This document shows positions 15,053 to 34,520 of a stretch of 64,000 bases of DNA, in pieces. A model generated the notes under the pieces. The model saw only the letters and a list, made by a program, of their open reading frames with translations. It searched no databases and was not told the DNA's origin. Each line of letters starts with the position of its first letter. Within the stretch, counting starts at the first letter, position 1. The DNA is from the human T2T-CHM13v2.0 reference genome, Homo sapiens. The position numbers and the translations under genes are program-made. The stretch lies in assembly GCF_009914755.1 (NCBI RefSeq), contig NC_060927.1; one strand, written 5' to 3'.

Positions 15053-18000
15053 CTAGTGCCCAGAGCTCGCCTCTTGGGAGAGGACTGGCTGGAGAACTCA
15101 AAGCAGCTCCCTTGCGTCGTGAGAGCTCTTGCTCTGTCCTGCGTGCTCTCCCGTTCTCTTCAGCTCCTGCTCTGACAGGCTGAGGGGCAGGACCACGGTC
15201 TGCAGTAAGGGCAGACATGTAACATGAGGACAGAATGTCAGCTCCCGTCCACATACACACAAAGTACTGGATTCTCCTGAGTCTGCATCCCCAGTTCCTT
15301 CCCCTGAGGCAGAAGGAAGGAACCCCTCAACCCAAATAGGCCCTCCCACAAAGTCCACGCTAAGATTCTCTGAGTGCCACCACCCAGTCATTTCTGTTGC
15401 CCAGGGGAGGAGGGGGTGGAAGCGCTGGGGTGATGGTTGCTGAAGGTTAGGCCAGTTCCAGGCTCTCTTGTTAAACACCAGGAGAGAGGTCTGGTCCCAA
15501 CCATGGGTAGCTCTCTTTAGGACCTAGTGTCCCAGATTTGGGCCCCAGTCCTCAATTCCAGCATAACATGAATCCCATTCAACATCCTATTACATAGACA
15601 TAATGGGCTGGGGAAAAGGAATGTACCCTACACCCAGGATTGAGTCTACAGCAAAGTAGAGATAGAGGATGAGGGGGATAAGAAAAGCAAGGGGCAAATC
15701 AATCCCTCAGAAAGGGCAGCATAAAACATGCCTGAGGGCAAGAGTCCTCTCCTCCCTGAAGACCCTCAGCCTGGCAGGGGCCAGCTTGACAGGTTCCAGG
15801 GGTGCGGCGACTTGGCGCCTGGCCCAGGATGATCCCTCTGCCATGCTCCTCATTGCTAGGGTCTTCCTTCCCAAGCCCCCAGGACAAGAAGCCAGACTCC
15901 TGTCCCTCTGAGCCCAGGGGCCTGCGCCCCATGCTGGAAAAACCATGACTGCCTGGTGGGTGTTTTTAGTTCAGAAGGGGAAGTCGTTCTCCTGTGAATA
16001 ATCTCCATACTTGAGCGAGGTGGGGGGCAGATTGGTGGGGGTAGGGGGTTGTCTAGAAAGGTGGGGAAGTTGCACCTGAGTAGGAAATACTCTCAATCCT
16101 GCATCCAGCAAGCAGAGCTGAGTAAGAGGCTGGAAAGTTCTGCCAGAGGCAATGACATGAGCTCAGCCCCAGAAGCCTTTTGCCTCAAACAGTCACCAGC
16201 TAAGTCTTCATGAATGCATCTGCAATGTCAGATGACACCTTTTCTCCTTTCTGGGAGCTGGAGGAAAAGCAATCAGGTGAGAAATTCTGCTTCTGTCCAT
16301 TCAGGTCAGGGGTGTAGGTGGAAGCAAGACCCAGCCTGCCCCTTTCTCCCAAAGTGCACCTGCAGAGACTGGTTCCACCTGGATTACATACACATGCGAA
16401 CCAGCAGATGGCTTTCTGAAAGTTAATATTGGATTATTAATTAAACATCAGAGAATATACCCAAGCTGCTGCTGAACTGCAATCCAATGGGCAGACTGAG
16501 GAGCCTCATTCCTTTCCCCTGCCTCTGAACCGGCCCCATGTGCTGGACCACAGGGGTTGAGAGCTGGGCCGGGCGCCAGCATGGCTGTGGGTTCCATGGG
16601 CCACAGTCCACATGTGCAGCTACATGCCTGCCTCAGGGGGGTTTTGTAAAGTTTAGATGAGATGATAGTTGTGAAAGTTTGTGTAAACACAAAACACAAC
16701 AGAGGATTTTAAATATACATGAGGATTTCTTCAGGGAAGTTGGAAGGAAGACAAAGAAGTCTTTTGACTGCATTTGCTGCTTTCCCCAGCTAACTTGTCT
16801 TCATGTTTAAAGTGGAATCCTTGCTCTACAGCTCAGCCCTGAAAGCTGCATCTCTAACCCCTGCCCAGCCCAGGCATTCTGAGTAAGAGAGAGCCCATCC
16901 CTTCTGTTTTGTAGTGGGAGTTCCAGAATGGACCTCCATTGAGTGCTGCCCCATGTGACTGATGCTGGAAATGGAAATGGCTCTGTAGCCAAGGAAGCAA
17001 GGATCCAATTGGAGCCGTCAAAGTCTGATTTCCCTGGGTTAGGATCTGGGCAGCACCCTTGGTCTGTATAGATTTAGTCATTCCTAGAAATGTGAGGTCT
17101 TCGTGGCTGTGTCAGTCTCTTCTACCACAGAGCTGGTATGAAAGCTGGGGTTGAAATCTAGTCATTCCCACAGACTCAATCTGTTGTTTTTTTTTTTTCT
17201 CCATATCTGTGCATCTTCACACTTGTTCAAGGCTGGGATTCTCACAAGGGCATGACCTGGTCACACATGGCTCAGCCCGCAGAGTGGCAAGACCATCAGA
17301 GGCTGTGAAAACTTTGATGCCGAAGTTCTGCCTCCCAGGACCACACAGCAGCCTCAAAACTCAGAGCCCAGAGATGAGCTCTGGAAATCTGGTGTCGTCT
17401 GGCAAATGACAAAACCCCACAGCAGCCATGTCAAGGCCACCTAAACAAGGGCTTCCTCTGCCCTTCCCAACCTCCTTAGCAAAAGGGCAGAGCTTTTCCT
17501 GCTGGACACAGGCTGCCGCTAGGAAGTCTACCTGGATTTAACACAAGGAGGAGCAAAATAGACCCTAATGCCCTCCCCCTAATAACAGGCGAACCAGTGA
17601 AACATCAGCTGCAAAAAGGTTATCATTCCAGGTGCTTCAGTGGATCAGCCACTATTCTATCCATTTAAGAATTCTTATGTAGTGAGTAGACCCATTCATA
17701 TAGTTAAAATTTTTGGAATCATGTTAATATTTTACATATACTCAAAATCAAATACAATTAAATCAACAAAGATGAAAGTTAAAAATCTAAATAGAATGCA
17801 AAGAGAAACAAATTATCCTAGCTGTATTTCAAATGAATGACGTAACCATACTTAAAGCGGAAAAAGAACTAACCAGAGTAACTTATGAACACAGTACTTT
17901 GACTATGTATCACATTCGAAAACAAAAATAACTGCAATTAATATTAAATGCCAGATAGAAAATTTGGGTATTTGTAGGAGTATGAATTACCAATTCTAAA

Positions 18001-18237
18001 TCTGCTTTCTGTGAATTATAAGCAAATAACAAAATATATTGAATAAGAGTCAAGTTTCTCACAGTTGGAGAAGGAATTCCAACTAAGGAAATAAGAGAAG
18101 AATAACCCCCATACTGAGGAATTGGAGTTAGACGTATTAGTATGAATTTATGGTTTTTAATATATAGAGACCTAGATAGATCACTGTACATATTTATATT
18201 TACATTCCTTCCCTCTGCCCACTTAAAGTGTCTATAA

Positions 18238-18533
18238 GGCCAGGCACAGTGGCTCACACCTGTAATCCCAGCACTTTGGGAGACAGAAGCTGGATAATTG
18301 CTTGAGGCCAGGTGTTTAAGACCAGCCTGAGCAACATAATGAGACCACACCTCTACAAAAAATAGAAAAAGTAGCCAGGTGTGGTGGTGCATGCCTGTAG
18401 TCCTAGCTACATAGGAGGCTGAGGCAAGAGGATTGCTTGAGCCTAGGAATTCAAGGTCACAGTGAGCTACGATCATGCTGCTGCACTCCAGCCTGGGCTA
18501 CAAAGGAGACCTTGTCTCAAACAAACAAAAAAA
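18238..18533 (+). mobile_element. AluJ-like
   Basis: Diverged full Alu with gaggattgcttgagcc right arm. Confidence 0.85.
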
Positions 18534-18814
18534 GTGACTATAAGCCAAGACATCCCAGTGGCAATGAACATACCTAGCACCCAGATCTTGATTTCTAAAT
18601 ATCATTCTTCACTTTAAGGAACCAGGGCTCCTTGCAGAAGTTGCTAATTCAAGGCTAGGGCAGAGAACGTACAAAATGAGTCTGGAATATCTTGTACCAG
18701 AAAGTAGGGAAGTGCTAAAAAGAAAAAAATGACAAGGATGTGTCAAAAGGACACAAGAGCCACTTGAAGGGGCTCCCACTAGCCAAATCTGGCACAATTT
18801 GGCCCTGAAAGTAA

Positions 18815-19184
<370 letters not shown>

Positions 19185-19944
19185 TGACTAATCATAATAT
19201 ATCTATTTCTGCTCATTGTCACTGAGTGGACCTGGAGGCTGAGGGCTGGAAGAGCAACTGGAATTGCTGTAGTGCCAAATATATCCCCTTTTATACTGAT
19301 GTGGCTCTGTCAAGGGTAACACTCCTGTGTGGGAGCAAGAAGAGAAAGCCCTTCCTTACAGTGGAAAACCAAATGATCCATGTGGAAGGAATTATGGGGT
19401 TAGAAAATCACCATTTTGCAGCCATCACAGCAATAGCCAGCTCTGCCAAGAATCATCAATGGATGCTAATGCTAGTGAGTGAGGGATTAATGAGGAAGAG
19501 GGTATTTCTATAGTCTCAAAGCATCTACAAATTACTTATTAACAAAAAAGAGAAATTAGTAACTTTAGAGGGGATTAACCTAGTGGACACCACCTTAAAT
19601 AAATAGCCAAAGTTAACATCACCAATAATGGGACAAATGGAAATTATGTAGCTCCTACTATGATGTCCTGGGAAAAGTACTGCATCACTGCTATGGTGTT
19701 CCTGCCAAAAATAGAAAACCTAAATCTACCTGTGACAGGTCATGCCCCAAACTGAGGGACATCATCCCCAATTCTGCCTATAAAATACAAAAAAACAAAA
19801 ATAAGAAAACCTGAGGACATTCTACAAAATAACCAACATGTGTTCTTTAAAAAAAAAAAAAAAAAAACAGTCAAGGTCATAAAAGACAAAGAAAGGCCAA
19901 GGGACTATTCCAGATTAAAAGAGACTAAAGAGATTGTCACAACT

Positions 19945-20240
<296 letters not shown>

Positions 20241-20364
20241 GAGAGAAATCACAACTAAGGGTCATGTATGATCCTGGATTGGATCCTGGAAGGAGGTCTT
20301 GGGGAGAAGCTGGGGGATGTTAGTGGGATAACTGGTAAAATTTTAATGTAGAGCTACAGATTAG

Positions 20365-20668
<304 letters not shown>

Positions 20669-21051
20669 TGACAATAGGATTTTTCTATGTTAAATGTCCT
20701 GATCCTGAAAAAGATACTGTGGTTAGGTAAAAAAACATTCTTGTTCTTAGGAAATAGACACTGAAATATTTATGGATAAAAGGACATGATGTCTGCAAAT
20801 TGTTTTTATATGGTTTAGAGAAAATATATACATATATATAGAGAAAATGGTCTAATGATAAAGCAAAAAGGCAAAGTGTTAACAAGTGGTCAATCTGAAT
20901 CGACTGAGTCAAGAGTATGTGGGGTTTTTTATTGTATTATTACAACTTTTCTGTAAGTGTAAAATTTTGTCAAATAAATAAATAGGTTGCAAAACATTAT
21001 GAATGTATTTAATACCATTGAACTGTACACATAAAAATAGTTAAGATGGTA

Positions 21052-23802
<2,751 letters not shown>

Positions 23803-24287
23803 GTATGTGTATTTCTCTTAATCCTACTACAATTAATTGATAATGTTCTAGGAATATAGAACTATCTAATGTTTTAACTGTTATTCTGAAGAGATGTGTT
23901 TTGGCCAGAGAAAGTATAAAATGAATGAAAAGGTAAGCTAAAACTCAGTTACTCTCCCCTACAGGAAGCCAGGGTGTTCAATCAGGCCAGGCGGCCAGAG
24001 TAAAAGCACCACCTAATGGCACCTTATTCAAATTACAAGAATAGTACTTCAGAGGCATTACCATAGCATCTAGGCTTTCCTTGCAAACCCCAGACGATTA
24101 AATGATGGCAAATGCAGTATTTTGTCTATATCTGACCATGGATGAAATTTACCTTAAGGCAGTAAGAAGGTTTGAAGTTACCTAGTCCCTCTATTCATAG
24201 CTAGGTGGAATGTATTAACCATGTTTTTTTTTTTTTAAAAAAAAAATCTGTATCTAATGATGTTATGACAACTTAAAAATCTTGCTG

Positions 24288-26476
<2,189 letters not shown>

Positions 26477-26488
26477 AAAATCTTGCTG

Positions 26489-26955
26489 GCCTAGGAAAGA
26501 CTGACCCTCTCAGACCTAGTCAATTCTCAGAGAGAGCAAAAGGCTTAGCCATGAACACAGCTTTCTTAAGCAAAACAACCAATGCTGAGTCTATACCACC
26601 AAAGACCACCTCCTCATCTAACTCACACACCAAGCCAAGATTTCTCCTGACCCCAATCATCCCAGAGCCAGACACCCGGCAACCAGAGGCCACCCCTATA
26701 ACCCAGAGCCCACTAGAATTGTTCAAACTGCCAGTCCTAAGCTGTCCACCGTGCCCTGCCTTTCCTCTCCTGCAGAAACCCCAATAAACCCTCACTCCTG
26801 TCTTCAGCCCCCTGAGCATCCCTGGTGCTTCCCTGTGACCCTGCGTGGCATAGTGTATTCTCTCTTCTCAAGCAAGGTAAGTAACAGAAATCTTTCAGTG
26901 GCATCGACCTCTGCATGTTCTCACCTCTGTAAGTTAAAATACGGCGGGTACAAAT
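26489..26955 (+). mobile_element. ERV1-type LTR (MER39-like), probably split by the L1
   Basis: cccctataacccagagccc...aattgttcaaact...cctaagc, TATA-like element and aataaa in LTR order. Family assignment from memory. Confidence 0.45.
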
Positions 26956-28212
26956 GAGTCACAGAACCCTGCCTAACTCATTTCAGTGAAGAACACTTTC
27001 ACTCCAGTTTCTAGGTGGGACACTTTTATCCAGAAAATGTCCCCACTCTATTTTTTACAAATATGCAGCATTTGGGGCCCAGTTGTCATTTTCAGGCAAA
27101 GTAACCAACAGGTCTTTAAAGTGGAAAGGGGGAAAGACAGAGGAGAAAGAGGAAAGGATGTCAGTGTGCATATGAAATGCTTCCGCCGCATCTCAATCCT
27201 GAGAACAGGATCTGCTGTTACTTCTCTCCAGCTCCAGGAGCATAAGCCTCTTGTCTTCTGCTGCCTTTAAAGTTGCTTCTGTCCATTGACCAGAGGTGGT
27301 TTTATGGTGAAGCTAACAGCTTAAGCCTTAGGACGCATCATTTGGCATTTGGTCCCTTCCAAAGATTATGCCAAATTTTCTATTTGCAATTTGTATCCTT
27401 TTTACTAGAGAGTCCATAAAAATGGTATAAGCTTCATGCCCTACAAGACCTGGGATAGTGAGGGGGTCATGGCTCTAGGAATCCCAGAATTGAGCCCTGC
27501 TCTTCCACCCAACCATTTGGGCCCCAGTGTCCTCATCTTAAAAAGAGGGGCTTCAAGAGATATAAATATGCTTAAAGAAAAAAAAGAGGGGCTAACAAGA
27601 CTGTCTTGTCTGAAGTTCCCTTTTCCTTCCTCCTCAGCTGCATTCATTTTTCTACATCTACTAATAAAGCAATATGCTATTGCCTGGCACATGGCTGCTG
27701 AGGCTCACATAGCTTTTTAAAGATGCTAAAACAGCCCTGAAAAATGCATAGTAAAAATAAAAGTCAGTTCTTAACCATACACTGGCTAATGAGCACTCAG
27801 AAAATATGAGCCAAGCTTTTGCAATGAAGCCTGACACCCATACTCAAAATTGGATATGTCAGGGTCAACTCAGGGCTGTGTTCTGGGGCCAGTAGCCTTG
27901 CTTCTAACCTGGTTCTGCCTTCTAACCTTGCTCTGGGCAAGTCACTCAATATTTACGTCCTCCTGGACCCACTATTGCTGGAACTCAAGTCTCTGGGCTT
28001 GCTTCTTGACACGACAAGCAAATGGACTAGGCCAGAAGATCTCTGAGGACTCCTCCATGTCTTGATTGTTTGGTTCTATTTCTATCTACCTCTCTTGCCA
28101 GTGCCACTTCTCTATTCACCATTGCCCCAAAACTTGACCAGGCTCTATCTTACCACACCAAGCTAACTCAGGTAAGCCATCTAATTGAAGAGGAAAAGAC
28201 AGAGAAAAAGTG

Positions 28213-28624
28213 TGTATTAGTCCGTACGTGCATTGCTATAAAGAAATACTTGAGACTGGGTAATTTATAAAGAAAAGAGGTTTAATTGGCTTATGGTTCC
28301 ACAGGCTGTACGGGAAGCATAGCAGCTTCTGCTTCCAGGGAGGCCTCAGGAAACTTTCAATCATGGTGGAAGGCAAAGGCGAGGCAGGCATCTTATGTCA
28401 CCAGAGCAGGAGCAAGAGGTCCTGGGAGGTGCTGCACACTTTTAAACAACCAGATTTCATGAGAACTCACTCACTCACTATCAGAACAGCATCGAGGGAA
28501 TGGTGCTAAACCATTGGTGAGAAACCACCCCCAGGATGGAATCATCTCCCACCAGGCCCTACCTCCAACACTGGGAATTACAATTAAACATAAGATTTGG
28601 TGGGGACACAGATACAAACCATGA
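28213..28624 (-). mobile_element. MaLR solo LTR (MST family)
   Basis: tgtattagtc...cattgctataaagaaatacttgagactgggtaatttataaagaaaagagg...agatttggtggggacacagatacaaaccat. Confidence 0.88.
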
Positions 28625-30336
28625 GAGAGTAAGAGAGGAGAGGACACAGAAGGGAAAGAGCTGGGACGCTGTACAAGAAGACAGAGCAGAGTCAGAACCC
28701 AGGCAGGTCTCAGCGACCTGGAAACTCCTCCTCCTGTGCTTGGGCCAGACACAATGGTTCTGACGGGGAGCCTGCTCCCACGGCCTGCAGCGGGTTTTTT
28801 CTGGAATAATTAGCCAGACTTTGGCCTGCAGACCTCCTAGAAAAGGGTCCACATGGACCCACTAGTGCTACACTTCATGTCTCTGTGGTAGAGCAGAATG
28901 CAGAAAAGCATGAATCCAGTGTACTAGTTATATTGGTTTTTGGTGACTTATTCTCAGGCCAGCTTCCCTTTTAAGCTCCTGTTGAGACCCTCCAACCCTG
29001 AGAGAAGAAAGACAAAAGCCTCAGGCTAGCTGGAGGCACTTCTTATTCCATAAGAACTAGGAGATTGCTGTTGGTTTTGTACTTGTTTTAGTATCTCCAG
29101 CAGGAACTGGGGATCCTGGCAAGAACTGTCATTCAATAAACACCTGGTAAATGAAACCGAGTTTTCTCCCTATTCCCAACGCTAAGAGCATGAGATTCTG
29201 CTGGACTTCAGACCTCCACACAGCTTGTCAGCTTGCCATCTGTTTTTGTCTCAGGCTACCTGCTTTCTCCTGCCAACGCAGTCTTCCTGAAACACCCAGA
29301 TCGTCACAGTCCTGTCTGTCCAGTACCTGGCACAGACAAGCACCCAATCATGGCTCATTAGCCTTCTGTTCACCTCCCTCTGCACCGGCTGTTTCTTTCT
29401 TAGTTTTCAAGCCCCAAGTTTCACAGCCTACTCCGCTGGGTTTCTGTGTGCAGTCGGCTTCATCCAATCATCAAATGAGCATTTTACTTAGTGCTTCTCA
29501 TGAGAGAGGCACTGGCCCAGACCCTTCCACATATGGCATCTCCTTTAATCTCATAAAAACCCTGAGAATCAGGTCCACTCACCCCATCACATAGTTGTGG
29601 AAATAGACTGGGAGCCTGTGGGTAACTTGCCCAAGGGCCCAGCCTATCCAGCAGCACAGTCAGAATGGGAAACCCAGAACCCAGGTTTGAGTCTACCACC
29701 AGAGCACACAAAGTGCCTCCAGACGGAGGCCCCTGGAACAAGGCTTGGCCTGCCAGAAGTTCGGTGGGTCTCCAAACACACACTCACATTCCCAAACCAC
29801 TCCAGACTCACCCAGGCCTAGAAAGCACACATCATCCTCAATAGACTGCCCACCCAGCAGGTTGTCTGGAACAATGTCCCACATTCTGGTGTTGGCCCAA
29901 GGTATGATTTTGGGTTTGAGACTCCTGCCTTAGGTCTTCTGCCTGACTCAGCTATGCTGAGTCATGCATTGATTTGCCAATGGATCCTTCTGCTCATTTA
30001 TACCACTACCCCCTGGATTAAATACATACTCCCCTTAGTTTAATTATTAGCCATTTATATAATATAAGCTGAATGCTGACCAGGAACCAAGCACTATACC
30101 AAATATTTACACAAATTATCTCTTTTAATTGTCTTCATTCTCTATGGTAGTTTCAATCACTGGGCAGTCATTTTGTAGGTGAGGAAATGGAGGCTTAGTG
30201 AGGTTACAAAACTTGTTCAAGGTCACAAAGTATTAGAGCCAGGACTTGACCCAGGCAGCACATGCACCCTCGACCACCACACCATTAACACTCAGATCTA
30301 CAGCTCCTTCCCAGCTGGTTCACTTATTACTGACCA

Positions 30337-30340
<4 letters not shown>

Positions 30341-30432
<92 letters not shown>
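30341..30432. repeat. Compound (CA)n(GA)n microsatellite
   Basis: About 24 AC units directly followed by about 21 AG units, uninterrupted. Confidence 0.97.
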
Positions 30433-30435
<3 letters not shown>

Positions 30436-32903
30436 TACCCTATCTGGTCCTAAAATGATCAAAGCCAAACCAAGAGTCCATTCATTCACCCTCCACCTAA
30501 CTTCCAAGTGTCCCCACCCTTGCCAAACTTCCTGTGAGCCACTTTCTAATCACCGCGACCAAGAGAAGAGCAGGTCAAGACTGAAGGTGGCATGACACCC
30601 ACTAGCCTGTCTTCCCACTGGGCACTGCCTCCTAATCTTGTGTTCTGCAGGCCCCAAAGCTCCTAGCAGAATTTCTGATCCCCAAGACTGGAATAAAATT
30701 GTTCAAAGGTTCCCAGGAAATTTCTTGAGGGCCAGCCACTCCTAGAGTTCAGCTTCCAGCATTTTAGCCACCTAACTTACTCTCTGTTCCCACGCAGAGG
30801 TCCTTAATTTGCCATCTGGGTGGCTTTGCTTATACCATTTGGAGCAGGAGGCACATAGCAAAAAGGATGAAAGCTTGGGACTTGGCATCAAACATGCCTG
30901 GCTTTACAGTGCTACAGTTCTTCTTGTGTCAAACCAAAATAATCATATCAACTTCAGAATGTTGTAGTGGAGATAAATGAGGTAATGCATATTAAGTGCT
31001 CAGTATACAGTAAGTGCCCACTAATTGGTAGCTATTATCATTTTCTCACCCTCCCACCTGGAATATGCTTCCCAAGTCCACCATATGTTCCACTTCCACC
31101 ATTACTTTAAGACTTAATGCAAATGGCAACTCACCCAATTCCTAGCCAGGTAAGTTCAGTTCAGTAGAACCAACACTGATGGGGCATCTTCTATACACAA
31201 CACACCATGCCAGGTATTGGGGATACAAAAATAAATAAGACATGCCCCTGAATTTAAGTTCACAGCTTTAAGGGAGACAGAAAAGAAGCAGCTCATTTCA
31301 ATGCTACATGGTAAGTGCAGTGACACAGGATGCTGTGGAGCAGAAGGGGTGAGTTAACCATCACGGAGGGCCCTGGGGGCCAAGATGAAGAGTCTGAGCT
31401 GAATTCTGAAGGCAGTGAGAAGCTATTGAAGGAATTTAAGCAGAGGGGTCAAATGCACAGATCTATGCTTCATAAAAGCATCACTTTAGTAGCAATGTGG
31501 AAAAAGAACTTAGGAGAGTATGAATCATCCAATCAAGAAATGGTACCTTAACAAGACAGTGCAGGGGAGGGAGAGAGAAAGAAAGGATGGATTTCTAAAT
31601 CATGAACACCAAAGGCCTTAAAATTGGGCATTGGGCCATGTCCAATCCTTCGATGTTTAGCTATTAAGGGAGAAGGAGGCAACACAGAGGTCATTGTATC
31701 CATCACATTTTAGAAATCAACTCTCTCTTAGGGCACTTATGACAATTTAACTTGCATTGTAGTTTTCTGTTGTTTGTTCATGTGATCAATCAACTAAAAT
31801 TTACTGTCCACTTAAATACCAATTTAAATACTTAAATACCACTTAAATACTTGGGTGAAGGTTTCAGTGACAAATTGTTGATAAGAAGCATCAGCAAAGA
31901 TCAAGGGAAAGATATAAGCTCTGGGGAATGGTGTGGTTCAGCTGGAAGGTGTGGCAGGAAGAAGAAGATGTGGGGAACTCGACTTGAGACTCAGGTGGGG
32001 TCAGACTGTATAGGGCTGAGGCTGAAGAGTTTGAGCCCTGAGTGGTGCACATGAGGAGACACTGAAGGTTTTAAACAGGGGAGAGAGGAACAGATGCCAT
32101 CACAGGGGAGATCTCAGAATGTCTTATTTGTCTCTCCTTTGGGAATTCCTGGGCCTCACATTTTCTATCTGGGTTTCTTGTTCATTGTTGATTCTCTCCC
32201 CTCTGATGGGGCTTGTCCCCCTGTTACAAGGCTGGGAAACCCTCCTGCCACTCTCTAGAAGCAGGAGAGAAACCCAAGGGATGGTGAAAACTTCATGTTG
32301 AGTGATCATGGATGGCAAAGACCCTGGGTGCACATAGTTTCTGGATAAACACTTTAGTATGGTTTATTATTATTATTATTTCTTAAGGGATCAGCTCTCC
32401 ATTTCTGGGTAGAGCCACTTCAATTCCATATCTACAGAATGCATGTAACTAATGATCAGCAGGGAGAAGATAAAGAAAAAAGAAGAAAAAAAAATAGCAA
32501 ACACCAGGGCATCCAGAAATCCTTTTGGCTTCAGAACATAAGAGTTTTTTCAGAAATAAATTTACCTTCTTACATTGGTTTGATTCAGAATTAAAATGAG
32601 TTCATATTATCTGAGTCCTCACTGTGACTGTGGAAGACCTCTCAGGATGGAGTTTGGAGTTGTGGGGGATCCCAGGATTCAAAATCCACCACAAATAATG
32701 CCAAAGGTTTTCTGTATATGAACAGTTAATAATGGCTATAATATTTTGGCTATAATATTTTCTCATTGAACTGGATGACCAAAATAGACTTTGGAGTTAA
32801 TTACGTCTAAAGGGTGCGCTGTAATGTTTGCATCCAGCCCACTGTCTGGGGATCCCCGTGCTCACAGGCCTCCATCACAGACCCTGGCACATCCTGAGCC
32901 TAC

Positions 32904-32954
32904 CTGCTGGGCTGCCTCATGGAAGAGCTCCTGCACCTGGGACATCTGGGTCAT
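32904..32954 (-). CDS. SLC12A8: SLC12A8 first coding segment (coding part of exon 2), MTQMSQVQELFHEAAQQ
   Basis: ATG at 32954-32952 with A at -3; 17 codons, then CAG|GTaggc donor. Joins in frame to [10 protein letters not shown] at 12112. Matches the SLC12A8 N-terminus as I recall it. Confidence 0.92.
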
Positions 32955-32999
32955 TCTCCAGCAAGCAGGGATCCTGGTGATCTGGACAGGGAGACTGCT
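32955..32999 (-). other. SLC12A8: SLC12A8 exon 2 5'UTR portion (45 nt)
   Basis: Acceptor ttaccttccAG| at 33001-33000. A second plausible AG lies 18 nt downstream (ccctgtccAG), so the boundary is not certain. Confidence 0.7.
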
Positions 33000-33899
33000 C
33001 TGGAAGGTAACAGCATCCTTGGTCAGGCTGGCTTCTCCTCTCCTCTCCCCTTGTTGTCCATCCTTTCTCTCTACTAGAATTGTTCAAACTACCAGGCGAG
33101 GCCCTGGCTGAGGAAGAAACCTTGTCTACCTCATCTGGAAACTTGGCCGGGTTACCTTTTTGGTACCCGGGTAGATCCCGCTGGTCCTTCAGTGCCCACC
33201 TGTGCTCAAACCTTGCTGCCCTAGAACCTCAGGCACTCCCAGCTCTCTCCTTCCCTGAGCTCCTTAAATACGTGAGGGTCAGAGCCAGCTGCCCTGCTGC
33301 CCAGCCCTTGAGGACACAGAGTCACACTCCTCTCCCACCCTCAAGTGCCTCGTGAACCCCTCTCTCCAGGAGGAGGGCATCATGACGCACTAGACCTGGC
33401 TGCAGGTGGTGAGTGAATGTAGCTGCGCCCTGAGCAGAGGGGAGAGGGGCCATGAGGAGGCTGTTTTGGGGCCCTTCTGGAGCAGGGCCGGAGAAGGGTA
33501 GGAGATTGAAGAGGGTGAGTGAGAAAAGGCTGGACAGGACTAGGGCAGCTCCTCAACCCACCCCCAGGCACCCTCCCCTTCGCGCTGGACCTGGCTTTCC
33601 TTGAGGGGAGGAGGGAGTTTGTCCCCTTGATCTGTGTGGCGCCTCTCCCCAGCACAGTGCTGCAAGGTAGACGGGGCTCAGGACCCTTTGGTAGAAGGAG
33701 GAAGGGGGAGGAAGAGAGCGAGGGGGAGGGGTAGAGCTGATCGTCCTGGGAAGAAGGCGACTAAGGACAGCAGCCAGCGCTGGCGAGGAGGGAAGGCGCC
33801 CGGAGCACTGAGTGGGGGGTTGGGAGAGGAGGGTTAGCCCAGTGGGAAGCTGGGAAGGCTGGGGGACTTGGTGGGCTGCAGTCCTGCCAAAAGCCGGGT

Positions 33900-34520
33900 G
33901 ACAGGTAGGGAGCCAGAGCACCCGGGTGTCCCCGGCTGCCCGCGCCGCACAGAGCAAGGGACCCCAGGCCTCCGCTCGCCCTTCCCGCCGCCCCGCGGCC
34001 TCCGCAGGCCGCCCCGCAGGCCTCCGCCCACATTCACCTGGCTCCTCCGCGGAGCCCCTACCCTCACGTTTGGGCCACGCTGGGACCCGGGCCCCTTGGC
34101 ACCCCACGCAGACGCGGACCCGCACCCCAAGTACTGGGGCCAGGCCCGTGTGCCGGCGCGCGGGTGACCGGCGGTAGGAGAGGATCCACCTGGGCGGGGA
34201 GGTGGGGGCAAAGGTGACCCCAGGCCTGGCTCCTAACTGCGGGCCGGGGAGAGGAACTGTCCCGAGACCACCCTCTCCACCCCCCACAGCCCTTCCGCCC
34301 TCACCTGCTCCTGGGACAGCCAGCTCCCAGCGCCCGGCCCGCCCGGTCCCCGCCCCGCCGCCACGTGGCTGCCCCGGCTCGGCTGCGCGGGTCCCAGCTG
34401 TCCCGTCCCGGCGGGGGCACCCCTGCCACGCCAGCACCGGGAGTCTCGGGCCCAGGTGGCGAGGAGGCGCTGCAGAGGCTTTCCCTCCGCAAGGGTCGGG
34501 CCTTCGCGCCTACCTGGACA
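33900..34520. promoter_or_regulatory. CpG island and GC-rich promoter of SLC12A8
   Basis: Very high GC and CpG density compared with the CpG-depleted flanks. GC box ccccgcccc at 34348-34356; palindromic E-box GCCACGTGGC at 34360-34369. Confidence 0.9.
34305..34355 (-). other. SLC12A8: Probable non-coding exon 1 of SLC12A8
   Basis: Strong donor GGAGCAG|GTGAGG (GT at 34304-34303) inside the CpG island, next to a GC box. The transcription start is approximate. Confidence 0.6.

Noticed and set aside
31810-31852. Short direct repeats (ttaaatac units; also ggctataatatttt x2 near 32735 and aatacagta near 43673) as a CRISPR-like or regulatory array
   Set aside because: Two to four short degenerate units without unique spacers; consistent with replication slippage.
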